Part shown: positions 57,201-64,000 of the stretch, one piece after another | How positions within the stretch are numbered: position 1 is the first letter of the stretch | How the letters are laid out: each line of letters starts with the position of its first letter | NCBI GenBank assembly: GCA_002269645.1 | Contig: NIVC01000093.1 | Span: forward strand, 868,001-932,000 | Length of the DNA: 64,000 bases | Source: Macrostomum lignano | Lineage: Eukaryota | Reading direction: 5' to 3' | Notes under the pieces: generated by a model | The model's database searches: none | Seen by the model: the letters and a program-made list of their open reading frames with translations, nothing else | Told to the model about the DNA's origin: nothing | Position numbers and translations under genes: made by a program

Positions 57201-60200
57201 ATTGACAAACACTGATGCAGCTTGGTAGGGATTGACAGACACTGATGCAGCTTGGTAGAGATTGACAGGCACTGGCACAGCTTGGTAGGAATTGACAGAC
57301 ACTGATACAGCTTGGTAGGAACTAACAGACTCTGACACAGCCAAAGACGATAGGACATACAGGCAGAGACACAGCTGTGGGGGCAACTCACAGAGAGCTG
57401 GGCCAGTTTATGGGGCAGGTACTCTTTGCACACTCGCAACGCGTCCGTCTTCATGCCGGCCTCTTTGTAGAATTTCACGGCCAATTCCGGTCGTTCCGCC
57501 CGCAACAGCAGCGCCTCGGCCTTCTGGAACTCCTTCTCTTCGAATGCTAGACGAGCCTGACCGGCCAGTATGTCAGGGATCGAGCCCTTGTCGTGCTTCT
57601 CCGCTACGCGTCTTGCCGCGTCCCAGTTACGAGCGTGCACGTGCATGAGCACAGCCTCCTTGGGCTTGTTGGCCTTGATGAAGTGCTCCTCAGCCTCGGC
57701 AAATTTGCCTTCGTCTTCCAAAAACATGGCGTACTTCAAGTGTATCTCGGGCGTCTTATGCTGCATGAGATTCTTTGATAGTTCGAAAGCAAAGTCGAAA
57801 GCCGAGTTCTCGATGGCGGTGTCGATGGCCGATTCCAACAGGCCGAATCTGGAGGATGGTTTTATGCAGCAATGCTTCTAGAGGAGGACCTTATTTAAAA
57901 CTTGAAACATAAAGGGCACTTAAATGCAAGGCACAAATGCAGACAAAAAATCTGCAAACAGGCACGATTTCTTATTAATAGAGGCCTGTGCACCTTGGCA
58001 CACTTTAAGCGACATTGTCACACAACCGGCGAGAGGCATTACTGCCCATTCCGCCGACTCCCCTGAGCAGGCACACACTCGCACAGGAGTGTAAAGCGGC
58101 TCTAACTTATTTATTGCTAGGCATGGACAACTGCACTGAGTCTTGGGGTTTGGGCCTCACGGCCGTTAATTGCACGAGCAGAGCCAAGCCGAGATTCCAG
58201 TTTAGCCCAAAATTAATGTGACTGCACTTGGAATCGAGCCTGGGACCGCTGGCACATCAGAGCGGCGCGCTAGACTACTGGGCTACGGCCCCCCTAGTAA
58301 GGACGATAAGAAGTACAAACAGACAGACTCGGCATCCACCATACCTAGTAAGCAGCTTAACTGCCGACTCTCCGCCCAGGTGCCTGGCCCAATAATAGGC
58401 CACCTGCTTGGCCGCCGGTCCCTCGCCGTGATTCTTAGCCACCCTGTAGGCGTCCTCCCACATGTCCAGCTGGCGGTACATCTTCACGGCGGCCTTCCAA
58501 TCGCCGGCTTCCAAGAAGAACTGCTCCGCCTGCCTGTGGTTGCCCTCTTCGGCCAGCTGGGCTGCTACGGCCGCCTAAAAAATTATTATCACAATTTGTT
58601 TTTTTATAGAGTTACGAGTAACAAGAAAATTGTCAGATTCAAAAAGTTGTCTCTTTCGTCTTATATGGTCTTGTAAACTTGAAAGGCGATCTATACGGTT
58701 AGTACGGAAGTCCTACCGCGACACCATGGGATGAAAGGGAGAAAGGAGAAATCGAAAAAGAAGGAAAAACAGATGACAGTCTCATATATAGGGTCGTTAC
58801 TTTACCTGAGTTTGCGCCAGATTAGCAGGATCGTGCTGTCGCACTAGACGCATCGTGTCATGGTGCATTCGAGCATTTCTGTACATCCGGATGGCTCGAT
58901 CTACCTGGCCAATAGTGAGGAAAAGTTTCTCGGCCTCCTTGTACCTGCCGGCTGCTTCGGCCTCGTCAGCCTGTTTAGTGTACATCTGGCTGAACTCGTG
59001 CCGGTCCATGTGGCTGTTCGCCAGCCGGTGCGCATCCTCCAGCCTGCCAGCGTCCGTGTACATGGCGATTGCCTGCTTCACATTGCCAGCTTGAACGTAC
59101 ATCTGCTCGGCGATGTCAAGCTCCATTGTGGAAGCAAAATGGATGGCCAACTTTTCGTAGTAGGGCTTCAAATTTGGCGCGTCGCCCATGTTGCGCAGAA
59201 TCTCTACCGCCTGCGAAGTGTTGAAGTGGAGTAATGCATTCTCAGAGACGCCGCTTTATCAGCATGTACAATCCTGACGTGACCTTGAATCTTACTTCTT
59301 ATCGTGCAGCTGTACTTAACACTAAATGAGCCAGTTTATAGGTAAACTAGTTATGAAGTCATTTACGATCGTAGGCGTAATTTTTAGTTTTTTTTCTAAC
59401 GAATTTCCTATTTACAAAAAGTGATTCCCAGGTTAAATTTGACGTCTAATCGCGAAATTCGGCCGTGATTCGCTCGCAATAAGCCGGAAAGAGAGTAAAC
59501 TTAAAATTGAATCTCTCTAAAATAATTACGATGATAATCGTAATAATTTAATAATAACAATAATTGATTACATCTGTATTAATGCGGCAACCGGACAGCT
59601 CAGCCGCAGCTATTGCGCGGCGCATCTGAAGGCTGCGTACGGCTGTTCAGTCCAAGGACTGGGGGGAGGGGTCGTCACAGCCTCAATAACCCCAGCTAAT
59701 TCTGGCACCCATTTTACAGCTCGGTGAACTGAAGCAATGCAGAGTTGAGTGTCTTGCACAAAGGATACAAAGTGTCCCAGTGGAATCAGGAATCGAATCC
59801 CCGACCTTCAAGTCGTGAGTCCGACGCTCTGACCACCAAGGCTACAAGCCCCTCTATTTCATTTTCTCAATGCGTTTCATAGATAGCGGTTGGTTTCAGA
59901 CCATTTGGTATTTCCAGAGCATTTTAACTAGGCTTCTCAAGTCGACCTATACTAAATACCTTGAGCCACTGTCGCGATCCAATAGCAGCGTCCACAGCTT
60001 TGGTGTAAACTCCGGCCTCGATAAAGTGCTGTACAGCAGCGTCCATCTGTTTCTGCATGGCCAGGTAGTTGCCCCATTCTTCCTCCAGGCGGACCACCTC
60101 GGAAGGGTAGGCGTGCCGCGCCAAGTCCACGGCTCGAAGAAACGCCTTAGCGCGCCTGTAGCACTTCATAGCCTCAGTATTGTTGCCGATGCGTTCGAAT

Positions 60201-63194
60201 AGTTCGCCAGCTTTTTCAAACAGTTCGGCCCGTTCTAAAGCGGTCGCGATGCGGCTCATCAGGTCGTTGTTCGAGCGCAGCTCGTCGCGACTCAAAGCCA
60301 GCTGGGCGGCCCGGCCGGGCAGACCGGATTTCAGGTAGAAAGCGATGGCGCCTTGGTAATCGCCTTCGCGCTCTTTCATCTCGCCGACCTGCGTTCGGGT
60401 TTTAGTTGTAAGAAAGTTATATTATACTTCCTAAACTGAACTGGAATTCCTTTTGTGCGTATTCTGAATCGGCGTGATTCTGATGTTGGAGGCGTTACTC
60501 CTTTTGCCATTTTACTTGACTTAAACTACCTACAGTAGTGTGATGCGGAACATATTTCCAATAAAGTCTCAAGGCTTGGCAGAAAGTGAAATTTATTTAG
60601 CTGCAGTACATCAGACATCTGTGCATTCTACCTTCTTACCTTCTCTTCCTGATTTGTCCGGCTCAGCCAATCCAAGTAGCCTTTCTTGAGCTGCTCCAAC
60701 TCGGGATGATTTTTCACCATTGCCACCTCAAGAGCCAGCTCCCAGCGTTGCATAGACTTGTACATCTCGATAGCCTCGTCAACTGCGTTCTGTTCCAGAT
60801 AAATCTGCTCGGCCCGTTTGAAGTCTCTGTCCAGCAGGGCCAGTTTTGCCTGCACTTGGTAGTGCAGCAGCGGATCCGGCTCGCCCTCCGCTGCCAGCCG
60901 TTGCACCAGCTCGTCCACCTGTTTTTGTTGTGTAGCAAGCACTGGAAACCTAATTTCATCGCAATAGAAACATAATTTTAGTTTTTTAACAACTACACAG
61001 CTTACCTGTCGCAGGTAGCGGGCTTTGCAAACATCGCCAAGCGCCGCGTAGGACCTTTCAGCGACTGTCACGGAGCCAGCACGCAATGCCGCGTCTGCCA
61101 GCGTCTTCCACATTGTCTCAACCTCCGGCGATTGCTCCTGCGACTCCAGGAAAGCCGCAGCCCTGCCAAAATCGCCGTCGTCCATTGAAGTGCCGAACTC
61201 GATCAGGTCCTCGTCCAGCATGTAATTCACCGAGGCGGCGCCATCGCGCACGATCACGTTGGTCTTGCCATCCAGGCGCTCCACACCGATGATGTCACCT
61301 TTTAATGGCAGGCTGGTGATACGATCTGGTGAGTCCACATTGTACCAGATGCACAGGGTGTCCCGGCTCTGGGCGACCACCACGTCGCTACCTGGCACCC
61401 ACTGCACATAGGAGCAATAGTTGAGTAGGGCGATACGCTCGCTTGAATCAACGTCGTAGAGGAACAGGCGCAGTTTCTTGTCTCTGAACAGCAGCTTCCG
61501 GCTAGTCTCATTCAACTCCAGCCAATGAACTTTCACATCGTGATCCACCTGGCCGATGGTGCATTGCCGATCTAGGTCAAAGATGCAAACAGTCTTGAGG
61601 TCCATCAGGTAGGCCAGCTTCCGGTTTGAGCTCACGTTCAGCTGTTTTCGTTCGTTGATTCTTACGCTGATCAGATGCGGATTAAAGTTCTCGGTGCGTA
61701 CCGAGCCCAGAACCTGATGCTGGCCGTATTCGATCATTGACAGAGTGCTGTCGTGAAAGATCACGCACACGTTTTCGTAGTCGAATAAAAACTTCTCGTT
61801 GCCGACTCCTGTCCATGGAACTTCGCTAACGCGTTCGTTTTTTATGTCGGCGATGATTAGTGTCTCCGTAGTGTACGCGATGAGGTACTTGTCATTTCCC
61901 ATCACCTTTATTTGAAGAATTGATTGTTATGTTAAGTTTAATTTATAGCTGTTGGGAAAAATTAAGTTTGAGAACCTTCTGTTGCATCTATCTATACGTC
62001 TATCTATCAGTGTAAAAATCACAGCAGTGCACAAGTAAGCAGCTGGTGAGCCAATACTAGAGTGGGACTTCTGGGGATTCATTTATCATTTACACAAATC
62101 ACTGAACTCACTTTTAAATCGTTGACCTCGCAGCCGTAGTGACTTTTGATGACAATTTTTCTACCAGTTTTCATCTCCGTCACCAGCACCTGACTTGGTC
62201 CAACGTATTTCACGTCGAACTTGTCCTTGTACACGGCGCGCCTTGTCGAACAGTCAAACACATCAACCGCGCCGCAGAGACTGCCGCTGGCGATTCGAGA
62301 TCCATCGCGGCGCCAAGCTAGGGCCGTCACCGTGTACAGATTATCGATCTCGGTAGCTGCACCCTCCTCCCAGGTGCCTTTGCTCGGGCTCCAGTTTAGC
62401 AGTCGAATCCGATTGAATGAGCCAACAACCACTGTCTGACCGCTGGGACTGCAGCAGGCCACCGTGAATTCTTTCTCGTTGTCGTCGCGAGAATAGTCGA
62501 ACTGCTGCAAAGGCCGACCTTCGCGCGTGTAGGCGTAGATTCGCTTGTCGGAGCCGGCCGCTACCACTGTGGCGCCGGCCCAGCACAGGGCGTAGGGCGC
62601 GCTCGGATGGACGCAAAGCTTACCAGACGTCTCCCCGGTGCCTTCGTCTTCGAAAAAGTAGCGCACAATCTGACCGTCCGCATGCCCAGAGACGAAACCC
62701 TTGCCGGAGAGATTGGACGCCAGGCTCACCACCAGAGATTCGCTGCTGTAGAGCGTGCTGGACTTGTTGTTCCGCGTGTTCGCCAGCCGGACTTTACCCT
62801 CGGCTAAGCCAAAGATAATCTGCTGCTCCGGGGGCCAGATCATGGCTGTGACAGCCGACTGCTGCGGAAATTTGTTGCAGATAACTTTCTTGTCGCCCCA
62901 GTTTTCGCCAATCTTGTACACGTAGATAATGTTGTCGGTCTGGGCTACGGCCAGCTTAGCCGAGTCCGGGCCGAATGCGATCGCGGTCACGTGATAGCTG
63001 TTCTTGCTGTACTTGGAGTCGCTCGGCTTAGTGGCAAATTTGTCCTTCCGTTCGCCGCTATCATCGTAGAGTTGGATGACCCGCTCGCTGGTACAGATGG
63101 CCAACTTCTTGCCGTTGGGCGAGAAAGCCAAACAAGCTATTCTAGCAGATCCTTCTGCTGGTTGGTGAATTGTCTTTAAATGCTTTAAGCGCAT
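51206..63194 (-). CDS. IFT172: Intraflagellar transport protein 172 (WD40 + TPR-like), full length
   Basis: Exons 63194-62112, 61905-61006, 60918-60640, 60388-59960, 59210-58806, 58574-58345, 57848-57392, 55055-54612, 53560-53148, 52932-52632, 51520-51206. Total 5256 nt = 1751 aa plus stop, phases consistent. [57 protein letters not shown] and PCLITGYP are typical. Confidence 0.97.
51575..52558. repeat. 20-bp minisatellite (CCCCTTGAATCCAAACTACA) in the last IFT172 intron
   Basis: About 48 units with higher-order blocks. Confidence 0.95.
53885..54345 (+). mobile_element. Degenerate 3' fragment of a non-LTR retrotransposon ORF2 (RTE-like), antisense in an IFT172 intron
   Basis: Frameshifted reading [56 protein letters not shown] resembles the post-RT C-terminus of RTE-clade ORF2 (LLYG, GHCLR, GR..T..D), recalled from memory; followed by AATAAA. 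Confidence 0.7.
55137..57345. repeat. 30-bp minisatellite (ACAGACACTGACACAGCTTGGTAGGGATTG) in IFT172 intron 7
   Basis: About 73 units; creates the 945-aa and 751-aa pseudo-ORFs. Confidence 0.97.
57985..58294 (-). mobile_element. Second tRNA-derived SINE-like element (family B) in an IFT172 intron
   Basis: Minus strand begins GGGGGCCGTAGCCCAGTAGTCTAGCGCG...GGCTCGATTCC (A/B-box-like head) followed by a ~230-bp unique tail; the acceptor stem does not close. Confidence 0.55.
59581..59852 (-). mobile_element. tRNA-derived SINE, family A, most complete copy
   Basis: AGGGGCTTGTAGCCTTGGTGGTCAGAGCGTCGGACTCACGA..GATTCGATTCC head, shared core and tail, 3' hairpin GCGGC..GCCGC. Confidence 0.82.
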
Positions 63195-64000
63195 TCTTGA
63201 TTTTTGTCAACTACACTGTCGAGCTGAAGTGACGAAGTTTATTTTGTATCGTTCAGATGCTGCTATTGAGTATTTTTTCTTGAGTCTGTGTAAGCACTTA
63301 TCTTGCATTTGTCTGCTAAAAAGGATTTGACGACAGCCTCAGACAGACGGTTACTTGCTTTTTATCCCGTGTTTAATTAATAATTATTGACATTACTAAA
63401 GCGATTTTATTCTGAGACCAACCCTGAAGTAGCCAATGTGTCTTTTTTGGAAACCATAAAAAATCGCATACTTATTACTTTTAATAAACAACGATTAAAG
63501 TAGCTAAAGTATTGCAAATAGGAAATGTTTGTTTTTTCTGATATACGGATCCTTGTTTATAGCTATTTCTGGATGAAAAAATATCAAGCCTGATTTAATG
63601 TTAATGATTCCATAACATTAAAGTAATCAGTTATTTTGTCCTCTTCATATCTATAAATATCAGCAAAAGCGCATCGTTTACATATTATACAGATATGCTA
63701 ATACATATATTTAGCTATATTCATGTGACTAATTTGTTGCTTTGAGTAAAGAGTCTAATTCATGCAACTAAATTTTAACCTAAGACAGATAGACAGATAG
63801 TTTTGTACTACTAAGAAAAGATAAATATATAATTTTTATTTGTTTATTATATTATCAATCAATTACTTCTACTCTATCTATATCTGTACCTAGAACCTTG
63901 ACTATATAAATGAAAAATGTACTTGTAAGCCCATCCCTAAGTTAATCAATGCTATTTGCGTAACTAGTAAGTACACACTGTCACTGAAGTGCAGTATAGG

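Noticed and set aside
55001-57838. 945-aa and 751-aa ORFs
   Set aside because: They are the real IFT172 exon 57848-57392 reading on into a stop-free 30-bp intronic array. The exon has a proper GTGAGT donor and IFT172 is complete without the repeat.
58215-58294. Possible tRNA gene (also the heads at 59780-59852 and 46195)
   Set aside because: A/B-box-like motifs are present, but the acceptor stem does not close and the sequence continues into SINE-like bodies.

Overview
Eukaryotic (metazoan) nuclear DNA with GC/CpG-rich exons, AT-rich spacers and GT-AG introns. The heavy load of 18-50 bp tandem repeats and the very short introns suggest a free-living flatworm such as Macrostomum, but this is inference only. 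I reconstructed six spliced genes by hand with consistent intron phases: (1) a minus-strand adaptor with PH-like, Pro-rich and at least three tandem SH2-like domains, running off the left edge; (2) EEIG1/FAM102 (NT-C2, minus); (3) CCDC6; (4) CWC27; (5) APH-1 (3-5 plus); (6) a full-length IFT172 (minus, 11 exons, about 1751 aa). Most long introns are filled by their own private micro- or minisatellite, and several repeat units carry splice-signal-like motifs (CAG|GTGAG, CTAAC, ctctgtag). A ~10 kb 22-24-mer satellite is interrupted by a 3.1 kb foldback element with a TTAA target-site duplication and by a unique 0.9 kb island. Also present: a hAT-like MITE, tRNA-derived SINEs and an RTE-like LINE fragment. 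Most long ORFs in the supplied track are artefacts of tandem repeats. Repeat boundaries and copy numbers are by-eye estimates.
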